A DNA stretch of 64,000 nucleotides from Oscillospiraceae bacterium (lineage in GTDB: Bacteria > Bacillota > Clostridia > Oscillospirales > Ruminococcaceae), in contig JAGAZJ010000027.1 in the NCBI GenBank assembly GCA_018110925.1, positions 37,426 to 101,425 of the forward strand, written 5' to 3'. The first letter of the stretch is position 1; the number at the start of each line of letters is the position of its first letter. The notes beneath the pieces were generated by a model. That model did no database searches and had not been told where the DNA came from. It saw only the letters and a list, made by a program, of their open reading frames with translations. A program made the position numbers and the translations under genes. Positions 18,995 through 27,755 of this stretch are shown piece by piece.

Positions 18995-19825
18995 ATGAAA
19001 AAGTCAGTTAAGGTAACAGCTCTCATGGCAGCAGCAGCAACAGTATGTGCACTTTCCGCAGCAGTAGGCGCAGAGGTCTACAACAACAGCGGCGTATATT
19101 ACGACAACATAACCACAGCTTCGGCACCCGCCACCAACACAAGCGGCGTTTACTACGACAATACAACATCTGCTCCAAACAGCGGTGTTTACTATGACAG
19201 CACCTCATCACAGGGAAGCTCCGTAAACAACAGCGGCGTTTACTATGATACAAACGCAGGCTCCGTAAATACAAATTCAGGCACAGTTTACTATGACAAC
19301 TACACTTACCCCACTTCTTCCCTCGTAACGGTATATCCCGAGACATCGGTGCTTTACTACGATCAGGTCATTGCCAGAAACCCCAACGTTTCCGTTGAGA
19401 CAGACCAGCTCAAGGTATCCTACACCCGTCTTAAAAGCGCAGAAAAGGCAGCAGGTATCGCCTTCGACGATCTTCCCTCCAACGTTGTATACGACCTCCG
19501 CTCCAAAAAGTACTCCGTTGTTGACTCCAATATCCTTCAGGTCAAGTACTACGACAATTCCGGCGATGCAGTAGCAGTACGCAAGGGCTTCGGCAAGGCT
19601 GACGTAAGCGGCGACCGCACAAGATATGATGTAAATAAGACAGTCCGCATAGACGGCACAACAGTAAGCTTCAGCGGCTACAAGTACACCGCAGGCAGGA
19701 CCACCGCCAACTACTACCACCTTGCGACCTGGAACAGAGACGGTTACTCCTACTCCATAAAGACCAATATCCCCATGACTCTCAGCGAAATACAGAGCAT
19801 TGCAGAGGATATGATCTGGGAATAA
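18995..19825 (+). CDS. Secreted protein with SGVYYD repeats and a C-terminal DUF4367-like domain
   Basis: Signal peptide, five (N/T)SG(T)VYYD repeats, then AEKAAGIAF...RKG...DVSGD...LATWNRDGYSYSI. Strong AGGAGG RBS and a terminator downstream. Confidence 0.85.
   Translation: MKKSVKVTALMAAAATVCALSAAVGAEVYNNSGVYYDNITTASAPATNTSGVYYDNTTSAPNSGVYYDSTSSQGSSVNNSGVYYDTNAGSVNTNSGTVYYDNYTYPTSSLVTVYPETSVLYYDQVIARNPNVSVETDQLKVSYTRLKSAEKAAGIAFDDLPSNVVYDLRSKKYSVVDSNILQVKYYDNSGDAVAVRKGFGKADVSGDRTRYDVNKTVRIDGTTVSFSGYKYTAGRTTANYYHLATWNRDGYSYSIKTNIPMTLSEIQSIAEDMIWE
19082..19300 (+). repeat. Five coding repeats of (N/T)SG(T)VYYD separated by S/T/A/N linkers
   Basis: NNSGVYYDN, NTSGVYYDN, PNSGVYYDS, NNSGVYYDT, TNSGTVYYDN; the DNA repeats differ at synonymous positions. 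Confidence 0.85.
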
Positions 19826-19858
19826 TGCTATCACCTACCTCCTATATATCCCTTAATC

Positions 19859-19904
19859 AACAGCGAAGCCCTTCCTCACAGCGAGGAGGGCTTCGCTGTT
19901 TTTT
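19859..19904 (+). terminator. Intrinsic terminator
   Basis: AACAGCGAAGCCCT...AGGGCTTCGCTGTT followed by a T-tract. Confidence 0.85.
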
Positions 19905-19956
19905 AATCTGATTTTAATGATGCTCTAACAAGATCTTAACCTGAGTGTTGTATGAT
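19901..19956 (+). promoter_or_regulatory. Four 11-bp-phased TAA(T/C) boxes and -10 (OmpR-type activated promoter)
   Basis: TTTTAAT 19901, TTTTAAT 19912, CTCTAAC 19923, TCTTAAC 19934, then TATGAT at 19951-19956. Confidence 0.5.
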
Positions 19957-19994
19957 CATTACAATGAGCGGATAGTATCCGCAGGGAGGGCGTT

Positions 19995-20684
19995 ATGGGA
20001 AAATTTGATGATCTTTACGGCAATGCCTACGATATGACCGATGAAAAAAAACTGGGGCTCGAAATAAGTATGCCCGACCCGACAAAGGCAGGTGGTGTCA
20101 TGACTGCTGTCGGGGCAATCATGCAGTTAGCGGGTGCGGCGGCGGCGTTCGTCACGGCATACGACTGCTCAGAGAAAGAAGCGGCATACAGGGTCGTTTA
20201 TGACAGTGAACACGGCGTACTGCTGCCCCCTGAGCCATACGGCAGCATTGCTGTGATACTGCTTATCGTGATCGCTGTGGGCTCAATTCTGTCTCTGGCG
20301 GGCAGACTTGCCGCCAAAAAATGGGCAGGAGCATTTGTGTCTGTCATCACGGGTCTTGCGATGCTCGGCTTCTCGCTTTTTATGTCATCGAGCTTTTACG
20401 GCGACATGAATATACTGCCGTTGGTAAAATACAGCACAGCAGACGGCGGCGGCTGTGAAATACTCTTTGCCGACAATACTGTCGTGAATGTATGTGATGT
20501 ATTTCTTCTGCATGACGGTGTGGCATACCGTGCCGACGGATGCAGTTCGGATGGCGGCATAAAGCGCACATACCACGCCGTATACAACAGCGAAGTGTTC
20601 CTGCCCGCATATGATGTGACCATATACGATGAAGGGGGGACAAGACACGAGCTTGTATATACATATGATAATACCAACTTCTGA
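19995..20684 (+). CDS. Hypothetical membrane protein (about three TM helices plus a soluble C-terminal domain)
   Basis: GGAGG RBS and hydrophobic segments; the last codons and the TGA lie inside the repeat element starting at 20669. Confidence 0.75.
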   Translation: MGKFDDLYGNAYDMTDEKKLGLEISMPDPTKAGGVMTAVGAIMQLAGAAAAFVTAYDCSEKEAAYRVVYDSEHGVLLPPEPYGSIAVILLIVIAVGSILSLAGRLAAKKWAGAFVSVITGLAMLGFSLFMSSSFYGDMNILPLVKYSTADGGGCEILFADNTVVNVCDVFLLHDGVAYRADGCSSDGGIKRTYHAVYNSEVFLPAYDVTIYDEGGTRHELVYTYDNTNF

Positions 20685-20794
20685 CCGAAGCAATTATCTT
20701 CTGACGAAGATGGAGAAGAAATGCCCGCAAAAGCTTGAATATATGTGGTTTTGTGGGCAAACATCCTCTATACATCGAGGAAGAATTAGTATAA
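20669..20794. mobile_element. MITE-like palindromic dispersed repeat, copy A (126 bp, with a ~20-bp internal duplication)
   Basis: Termini TAATACCAACTTCTGACCGA...TCTATACATCGAGGAAGAATTAGTATAA; inner IR TGCCCGCAAAA/TTTTGTGGGCA around GCTTGAATAT; homologous to 42358-42463. Confidence 0.6.
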
Positions 20795-20928
20795 TGACGA
20801 GTATTACGGCTACTGATACTGTACCTGAAAGGATATAAAAAAGCATATATTCCCGCTTGCAGGCTGTGCGGACACAGACACAAGCGGCACGGAGGGCTTC
20901 TTACAGAGCTTTGGTGATTTCAGACAAG

Positions 20929-20942
20929 TGAAACCGATTTCG
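20929..20942. promoter_or_regulatory. Candidate LacI-family operator or cre-like site upstream of the GH130 gene
   Basis: TGAAACCGATTTCG resembles TGWAANCGNTTWCA; about 50 bp upstream of the -35. Confidence 0.35.
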
Positions 20943-20992
20943 TCATATCAAATAATCGTCAAAAAATTATATCATGATTTTTTTGTGTAGTA

Positions 20993-21021
20993 TTGACAAC
21001 TGACAAAAAAGCTGATATACT
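20993..21021 (+). promoter_or_regulatory. SigA-type promoter of the GH130 gene
   Basis: TTGACA-N17-TATACT with an extended TG. Confidence 0.7.
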
Positions 21022-21130
21022 AACTCATATACTCAGACGATAACGCTGTACCCTCTACATACAGCGTATACGGCAGATACCGCGGCTGTCGGTATCGGTC
21101 GCTTTGCGAGAAATGAAAGGCGGAATTATT

Positions 21131-22156
21131 ATGAAGACACAGGTCGTAAACGGTGTTTCAATGCCCAACATCCCCTGGATGGAAAAGCCCGAGGGATGCA
21201 GAGACGTAGTATGGCGCTACAACGCTAACCCTATCATCAAGAGAGATCAGATCATGGTGAAGAAGGCGAACGGTTACAGAGAGCCCTCCAACTCCATTTT
21301 CAACAGTTCCGTGGTACCCTTTGAGAACGGTGATTACAAGTTCGCAGGCGTATTCAGAGTGGATGACAGAGAGCGCAACATGGAGCTCCATGTCGGCTTC
21401 TCCAAGGACGGCTTCAACTGGGATATAAACGAAGAAAGGATACACTTTGAGTGCGATATCCCCGAGGTAGCCCAGTGGCAGTACGGCTATGATCCCAGAG
21501 TATGCAAGCTTGAGGACAAGTACATCGTTACATGGTGCAATGCCTACGGCTGGAAGCCCACCATCGGCTTAGCATATACATATGATTTCAAGACATTCAC
21601 ACAGCTTGAGAACGCATATCTCCCCTTCAACAGAAACGGCGTTATGTTCCCCAGAAAGATAAACGGCAAGTACATGATGATGAGCCGTCCCTCCGACAGC
21701 GGACATACACCCTTCGGCGATATGTTCATAAGCCAGTCCCCCGACCTCACTTTCTGGGGTCAGCACAGACACGTTATGGGTCCCTCAAAGGGCTGGGAGT
21801 CCACCAAGATGGGCGCAGGTCCTATCCCCATCGAGACAGACAGAGGCTGGCTGATATTCTATCACGGCGTTCTCACATCCTGCAACGGTTATGTATACTC
21901 CTTCTCTGCGGCGCTCCTTGACAAGGACGAGCCCTGGAAGGTACTCAAGAGAGGTGCCAGCTACCTGCTCAGCCCTCAGGAGTATTACGAGCTGGTGGGC
22001 GATACCGATGCGGTTACATTCCCCTGCGCAAATCTTGTTGATGCCGATACCGGCAGGATATGTATCTATTACGGCTGTGCAGATACCTGCACCGCACTTG
22101 CGTTCACAACAGTTGACGCTGTTATGGACTTCCTTGACAACAACTCTCAGGTGTGA
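21131..22156 (+). CDS. GH130 beta-mannoside phosphorylase (beta-1,4-mannooligosaccharide phosphorylase-like)
   Basis: WRYNANPII, SIFNSSVV, YGYDPRV, PFNRNGVMFP, SRPSDSGHTPFG, KMGAGPIPI, YYGCADT. Confidence 0.92.
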   Translation: MKTQVVNGVSMPNIPWMEKPEGCRDVVWRYNANPIIKRDQIMVKKANGYREPSNSIFNSSVVPFENGDYKFAGVFRVDDRERNMELHVGFSKDGFNWDINEERIHFECDIPEVAQWQYGYDPRVCKLEDKYIVTWCNAYGWKPTIGLAYTYDFKTFTQLENAYLPFNRNGVMFPRKINGKYMMMSRPSDSGHTPFGDMFISQSPDLTFWGQHRHVMGPSKGWESTKMGAGPIPIETDRGWLIFYHGVLTSCNGYVYSFSAALLDKDEPWKVLKRGASYLLSPQEYYELVGDTDAVTFPCANLVDADTGRICIYYGCADTCTALAFTTVDAVMDFLDNNSQV

Positions 22157-22184
22157 CGATATCAGCCTGTGTTTGCTGACAAAT

Positions 22185-22226
22185 AAAAAGATCGGTTTGG
22201 ATCGTTTGATCCAAACCGATTTTTTT
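22185..22226. terminator. Bidirectional intrinsic terminator
   Basis: AAAAAG-ATCGGTTTGGATC-GTTT-GATCCAAACCGAT-TTTTTT between convergent genes. Confidence 0.88.
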
Positions 22227-22704
22227 ACAACAGCTTATCGCAGAATTCGGAGATCCTTTTTTCGTTTTCAGGGTCTTTTTTGGACTTGGGGTCTATGAGC
22301 ACAAGAGAAGCATCTTCCTTTTCTATACCGATAGCGGCTCTCAGCTTGCCGAATGCCTTCTCCGCTCCCGTTCCTGCCTGGCAGGCGAAAAAGCCTATCT
22401 TCCTGCCCTTGATGTCATTGTCACGGACAAATGTGCGTACCGGCGGAGCCACATTGCTTGCCCACACGGGAAAGCCCAGTATGATGCATCCATAGGATGA
22501 TATATCGGTATCATAGGGCATCAGGGCAGGAGTCTCAGCCATCACGGCGCTCTTGCCGCCCCATATGAATTTGCTGAGCTTGCCGTCGGGATAAGCCTTC
22601 TCCGGCTCTATCCGCAGAAGGTCGGCTCCTGTTTTTTCCGCTATCAGTTCAGCGGCATATTTTGTATTTCCTTCCAGTGAATAATATACTACAAGTGTTT
22701 TCAT
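22225..22704 (-). CDS. Flavodoxin
   Basis: VVYYSLEGNT FMN-binding loop and LGFPVW; GGAGG RBS before MKTLVV. Confidence 0.9.
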   Translation of the reverse strand: MKTLVVYYSLEGNTKYAAELIAEKTGADLLRIEPEKAYPDGKLSKFIWGGKSAVMAETPALMPYDTDISSYGCIILGFPVWASNVAPPVRTFVRDNDIKGRKIGFFACQAGTGAEKAFGKLRAAIGIEKEDASLVLIDPKSKKDPENEKRISEFCDKLL

Positions 22705-22764
22705 TTTGTCCTCCATGAAGCATCAACGAACATTTTGCAAAAGGCACGCAAAGGCTGTCGGTTA

Positions 22765-23727
22765 TCACATAGTGGTCATCATTACCATAGTGTCGGACGA
22801 CGCATCATAGATATAGAGCAGGGCATCCTCTGCGGCTATCATAGGCAGAGTGCCTGATATATCACTTCCCACGGGGGCATATGATGCGGCAGTGATGAGC
22901 GCCGCGTGCATGAGCCTTGTATGTTCTCCGCAGTTGAAAAATCCCCTGTACTCCTTATTGAGCGAAAGATAATCATCTGCATCTGCGATATCCGTGACGG
23001 CATCGGTGATGTCGGGGCTCACAGCGGCAAGTGCCGCAAGGACAGCCAGCTCGCCGTATGTGCCGTATTTCTTGCCGACCTCTTTGAGCCCGTTGAAAAT
23101 GCCTTTGAGTATATCGCACTTCTCCGCAGGATCGCCCTCCGCAAGAGCGAGTATGTGTGACACCGACTGCATGGTGTTGCTGTCGCTGAGATTGAGCGAC
23201 TTATAGATCTGCTCCGTTTCGCTTATGAGTTCCTCATCGCTTCTTTCCGACATGGCAAGAAGCACACAGAATACATGATCCTCATATGATGTGAGGAATG
23301 GGTGGCGGCGCTTCATCAGGTCGTATATATTCCTTGCACGGGCGGATACGCCCTCGACGATCTCTGTCGGCATATCCGAGAGCACTGCCGATGCATAAAC
23401 AAGATACTGTGAGTCGCCGAAATGGCGTTTGAGCACGGAATGAGCCTTCTCTATCCTCGCAAACTTCTGCTCGGGCTCGTCGGCAACAGACATGAGACAG
23501 CACACGGGCGCTTCCATAGTTCCCCTGAAGGATGAGAATATCCCCGCCTTTGTCTTGAGCAGTTCCCTGCATCTGCGGAGCACTGCGGCATCTGGCAGCT
23601 TTCCTCTTGACACCAGCATATTTGCACACAGAGTATATATCTCATCATATTCCATGCCGAATACATCCTTTATCCCTGCCTTAGCCGCAAGGAACTGATC
23701 GCATAATTGTTTGAGTCTTTCTTTCAT
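22765..23727 (-). CDS. DUF4003-family hypothetical protein
   Basis: GIFSSFRG, IYDLMKRRHPFLTSYED and QSVSHILAL motifs recalled from this clostridial family. Confidence 0.75.
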   Translation of the reverse strand: MKERLKQLCDQFLAAKAGIKDVFGMEYDEIYTLCANMLVSRGKLPDAAVLRRCRELLKTKAGIFSSFRGTMEAPVCCLMSVADEPEQKFARIEKAHSVLKRHFGDSQYLVYASAVLSDMPTEIVEGVSARARNIYDLMKRRHPFLTSYEDHVFCVLLAMSERSDEELISETEQIYKSLNLSDSNTMQSVSHILALAEGDPAEKCDILKGIFNGLKEVGKKYGTYGELAVLAALAAVSPDITDAVTDIADADDYLSLNKEYRGFFNCGEHTRLMHAALITAASYAPVGSDISGTLPMIAAEDALLYIYDASSDTMVMMTTM

Positions 23728-23876
23728 AACCTTACCCCTTTTTGCCGTTCATACCGATCCATGGCTCTTTCAGTGACAAGAGAACGGTATCGGTATAAAC
23801 ACTGTATAATAATATATTATCATAACGGGCATACGATGTCAATTAAAATCTGATAAAAACATATCCCCAATAAATC

Positions 23877-23906
23877 AAAAAGTCCGCAGACATCGGTCTG
23901 CGGACA
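23877..23906 (-). terminator. ilvE terminator
   Basis: GTCCGCAGAC-ATCG-GTCTGCGGAC preceded on + by an A-tract. Confidence 0.8.
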
Positions 23907-23918
23907 CAAAAGACATAA

Positions 23919-24989
23919 TCAGCAAACTGGCTCGATCCAGCCGAGGGGATCTTCGCTCTTGCCCCACTGGATAGCTGTGAGCTCATCGTAGAGCATCTGA
24001 GAGATAGGGCCTATCTTGCCGCCTGTGAGGGACATTACCTTATCGCCGTACTTGAGCTCGCCGATAGGAGATATAACGGCAGCAGTACCTGTGCCGAATG
24101 CCTCATCGAACTTGCCCTCATCATAAGCCTTGATGAGCTCATCTATCTCGATGTCACGCTCTGTTACCTTGTAGCCCTTGTGACGGAGAAGCTCTATGCA
24201 GGACTTTCTTGTGATACCGCCGAGTATGGACTTTCTGTCAAGGCTGGGAGTGATAACCTCGCCGTCAACAACGAACATAACGTTCATAGCGCCAACTTCC
24301 TCAACATACTTTCTGTGAACACCGTCGAGCCACAGTACCTGCTCATAGCCCTGCTTGCTTGCATCATCCTGAGCCTTGAGGGATATAGCGTAGTTGGCAG
24401 CTGCCTTTGTGAAGCCTGTTCCGCCTGTTACCGCACGGACATAGTTCTGCTCAACATATATCTTTACGGGAGCAAGGCCAGCCGCATAGTATGCGCCGAC
24501 GGGCGAGCAGATCACGCAGAAGATGAGGTGCTTTGCGGGATGAACGCCAAGCATGGGATCAGCCGCAAATATAAAGGGACGGATGTAGAGCGATGTGCCG
24601 TAGTTGTGGGGCACCCAGTCTGCATCTACCTTTACGAGCTCCTTGACAGCCTGAACGAATACCTCTTCATCAACTGCGGGGATGCAGAGACGGTCGTTGG
24701 ATACGTTCATGCGCTTTGCGTTCTCGTAGGGTCTGAAAAGCTGGATATTGCCCTTTTCGGTGCGGTACGCCTTCATGCCCTCAAAATCTGCCTGACCGTA
24801 ATGCAGGCACATTGCGGAGGGTTCAAGAGGGATAGGGCCGTAGGGAACTATCCTTGCATCGTGCCAGCCCTGTCCCTCGTCATAGTTCATAAGGAACATA
24901 TGGTCTGTGAAAATCTTGCCGAAGCCCAGCTTGCTCTCATCGGCAGGCTTAGCCTTGGGCGATGTGGTAAGAGTCTTTTTGATCTCCAT
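23919..24989 (-). CDS. ilvE: Branched-chain amino acid aminotransferase
   Basis: GFGKIFTDHMF, LHYGQADFEGMKAY, SLYIRP, KAAANYA (PLP Lys), EEVGAMN, ILGGITR, GTAAVISP. Confidence 0.96.
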   Translation of the reverse strand: MEIKKTLTTSPKAKPADESKLGFGKIFTDHMFLMNYDEGQGWHDARIVPYGPIPLEPSAMCLHYGQADFEGMKAYRTEKGNIQLFRPYENAKRMNVSNDRLCIPAVDEEVFVQAVKELVKVDADWVPHNYGTSLYIRPFIFAADPMLGVHPAKHLIFCVICSPVGAYYAAGLAPVKIYVEQNYVRAVTGGTGFTKAAANYAISLKAQDDASKQGYEQVLWLDGVHRKYVEEVGAMNVMFVVDGEVITPSLDRKSILGGITRKSCIELLRHKGYKVTERDIEIDELIKAYDEGKFDEAFGTGTAAVISPIGELKYGDKVMSLTGGKIGPISQMLYDELTAIQWGKSEDPLGWIEPVC

Positions 24990-25106
24990 GATATTCTCTC
25001 CTTATCCAAAAGATAATGTACAATGATATTATAGCACCCGTCAAAGGATTTTGCAAGTCATATGATGCAATTTGTCAAAAGATTTTGTCATTTTGCCGTA
25101 AAGCAC

Positions 25107-25129
25107 AAAGGGACGGCGTGCCGTCCCTC
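25107..25129 (-). terminator. Probable terminator after the capD-like gene
   Basis: AGGGACGGC-GT-GCCGTCCCT hairpin. Confidence 0.55.
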
Positions 25130-25134
25130 TGATA

Positions 25135-27144
25135 TCATTTATCCGTGACCTGTTCTATCTGCTGTCGGTAGGTATCGTCCTTCTTCGCCACATTCTCAGG
25201 GTGGTATGTGGTGACTATCTTCCCGACCAGAGGTATCACCTCATCCGAATTTGAATAAGCCACACACATCAGCCCTTCAAGAGAAGACAGGAATTCATCC
25301 GTGTCAAAGGGAATGGGCATACCTATGTGGATAAGGTCATTGTCGGTCTTCCTGAGGCCTTCCTCAGCCATGAGCTTCTCCTCATAGAGCTTTTCACCGG
25401 GGCGCAGACCCGTGTATTCTATCTTGATGTCCACATCAGGCTTGAAACCCGAGAGCCTGATAAGATTTCTCGCCAGCGTGTCTATCTTCACGGGACTGCC
25501 CATATCCAGCACGAATATCTCGCCGCCCCGTGCACTTGTGCCTGCCAGCATAACAAGGCTCACCGCCTCGGGTATGGTCATGAAGTAGCGTATTATATCG
25601 GGGTGTGTGACCGTTACGGGGCCGCCGTTCTCTATCTGCTTTCTGAACAGCGGGATTACCGAGCCGTTGCTCCCCAGCACGTTGCCGAAACGCACTGCCG
25701 CAAATTCCGTTTTTATACTTTCAAAGTCGCACTCTATCTTCTCGACCTCTCCGTTCTCACAGCTGTGAGTGAAGAGCTTTGGTATGTCTGCCGCTCTGCC
25801 TTCCTTGATCTTTGCATCAAAGCTCTGTATTATCATCTCGCACAGACGCTTGCTCGCACCCATTATATTGGTGGGGTTCACAGCCTTGTCCGTCGAGATC
25901 AGCACAAAGCGCTGACATCCGTTCACCATAGCCGCATATGCGGTCTTGTAAGTGCCTATGGCGTTGTTCTTTATCGCCTCACACGGGCTGTCCTCCATCA
26001 GGGGAACGTGCTTGTGAGCCGCCGCATGGTAAACGATATCAGGGCGGTATTTTTCAAACATCGAGAACATCTTGCGGCTGTCCCTGACGGACCCGATAAG
26101 AGTCACAAGGTCGAGGGAGGGGTATTTATTTCTCAGCTCCAGCTGTATGGAGTATGCGTTGTTCTCATAAATATCGAATATGATGAGCCTCTTTGGTGAA
26201 TGAGCCGCTATCTGTCTGCACAGCTCACTGCCTATCGAGCCGCCGCCGCCCGTTACAAGAACGGTCTTACCGTTGATGAAGCGGTAAACTTCCTCAAGGT
26301 CAGCCCTGATAGGCTCTCTGCCCAGCAGATCCTCTACCGACACGTCTCTCATGGACTTGACGCTGACCTCGCCCCTGACGAACTGGTACATTCCGGGGAG
26401 CTGTTTGAGCTCACAGCCTGTCTCGTTGCATATGTTGAGTATATCACGCTTCTGCTCAGCCGAAACGCTGGGGATGGCAAGATATATCTTGTCCACCTTG
26501 TACTCTGCGGCCTTTTGCATTATCGACTCTCTGCCGCCTACAACGGGCACGCCGTCTATATATCGTGACCACTTGTTGCTGTTGTCGTCTATTATGCAGA
26601 CTACCTTTTCACTGCCCTCCATAGAGCGGTTGATGTCACGCAGTATCATCTGACCTGCCGCACCTGCGCCTATGAGCATTATCCTGTCAGAGATATCGGA
26701 CTTGCTCTTGTTTCTGAGAAGCAGAACAAACCTGTATGAGAAACGTATCCCCAGCACCAGCATGAACTGTATGACCGCACCGAACACATAGTAGGATATG
26801 GGCATACGGCCGAATGCCGCTGTGATAGCCACTATGTGGAACACTGCCGTCACCGCAGAGGAAATTATCGTTCTCATAAGCTCACTGTAACTTGCAAATC
26901 GCCATATACTGCGGTACAGCTTTAATGCCAGAAACACCGCTATGCACACAAGAGCATAGACAGGGGCAAATTTCAGCCACGCCGTGAAGTACCTGCTGTC
27001 TATCTTTGTGTAGCTGCAGTCAAATCTGAGCCACAGTGCCAGAAAATATGAGATACTGACAGCAAATACGTCATATACCATGAGCAGTAAGGTTATGACC
27101 TGCCAGTGTTTGAATTTCTTTAAGAGTGAGAAGAGTTTGTTCAT
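25135..27144 (-). CDS. Membrane-bound UDP-GlcNAc 4,6-dehydratase (CapD/PglF/WbpM family)
   Basis: Four N-terminal TMs, GAGAAG, VEDLLGR, GGGGSIGSEL, HAAAHKHVPLME, STDKAVNP, MGASKR, RFGNVLGSNGSVIP, GLRPGEKLYEE. Confidence 0.93.
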   Translation of the reverse strand: MNKLFSLLKKFKHWQVITLLLMVYDVFAVSISYFLALWLRFDCSYTKIDSRYFTAWLKFAPVYALVCIAVFLALKLYRSIWRFASYSELMRTIISSAVTAVFHIVAITAAFGRMPISYYVFGAVIQFMLVLGIRFSYRFVLLLRNKSKSDISDRIMLIGAGAAGQMILRDINRSMEGSEKVVCIIDDNSNKWSRYIDGVPVVGGRESIMQKAAEYKVDKIYLAIPSVSAEQKRDILNICNETGCELKQLPGMYQFVRGEVSVKSMRDVSVEDLLGREPIRADLEEVYRFINGKTVLVTGGGGSIGSELCRQIAAHSPKRLIIFDIYENNAYSIQLELRNKYPSLDLVTLIGSVRDSRKMFSMFEKYRPDIVYHAAAHKHVPLMEDSPCEAIKNNAIGTYKTAYAAMVNGCQRFVLISTDKAVNPTNIMGASKRLCEMIIQSFDAKIKEGRAADIPKLFTHSCENGEVEKIECDFESIKTEFAAVRFGNVLGSNGSVIPLFRKQIENGGPVTVTHPDIIRYFMTIPEAVSLVMLAGTSARGGEIFVLDMGSPVKIDTLARNLIRLSGFKPDVDIKIEYTGLRPGEKLYEEKLMAEEGLRKTDNDLIHIGMPIPFDTDEFLSSLEGLMCVAYSNSDEVIPLVGKIVTTYHPENVAKKDDTYRQQIEQVTDK

Positions 27145-27372
27145 GGCAGACACCCGTGACGAACAGGTGTTTGCTCCCCCCCTTTTTTATCGCTTTAGTG
27201 CGTAAAACTACATTTCATTATCATTTTACCAAAAAATTATATCATATTACGCACTTCCTTGTCAATAGCCAAAAACCGCATTATAACTGTCAATTTCGAC
27301 AATATTGACAAGTGTTCTTTACTTTCTTCCCGACCTGTGATATAATGTAAAAAAACGAAAGGACATATTCCT

Positions 27373-27723
27373 ATGAAAATGCGAATGATAATAGATATAG
27401 ACGATATAGACTATCCCGGGCTGATACGGCTGTTGCTGCCCTATGTCAAAAAGGCTGATATACCTCTGCCCGAAAAGGTCATAGATGCCGCTGCAGCACC
27501 GGGAGTGCTTGAAAACTTCTTGAAATTCATACCCAGGTCAAAGCAGGATGAGATCGTGATGTCCATAGTGAACAAGAACAATGCCCGCATCATAAAGCGG
27601 GGCGAAGCACTTGCGGAGCGTCTCGGCGCGGATATGGACATTTCGGGCATAAAGCTGATACCGAGAGAGAGCGACACGCCCACAGCCGATAACAATGCGC
27701 AGAACAAGAGCAGGGAAGACTAA
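27373..27723 (+). CDS. Hypothetical protein
   Basis: AAGGA RBS, upstream TTTACT-N17-TATAAT promoter, fills the intergenic gap. Confidence 0.7.
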   Translation: MKMRMIIDIDDIDYPGLIRLLLPYVKKADIPLPEKVIDAAAAPGVLENFLKFIPRSKQDEIVMSIVNKNNARIIKRGEALAERLGADMDISGIKLIPRESDTPTADNNAQNKSRED

Positions 27724-27755
27724 TCTTCCCTGCCCTTGTTTTTATGTCACAAAAT

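Noticed and set aside
19082-19300. Regularly spaced DNA repeats considered as a CRISPR array
   Set aside because: Repeats are in-frame, vary at synonymous positions and have short irregular spacers; no cas genes.
18995-19825. SGVYYD protein as the substrate of the NHLP exporter
   Set aside because: It has a normal Sec-type signal peptide and no double-glycine leader, and lies 10 kb away.
24990-25100. T-box or riboswitch upstream of ilvE (also looked upstream of argG, lysA and pyrB)
   Set aside because: Leaders are too short, and no T-box, lysine riboswitch or PyrR attenuator pattern is visible.
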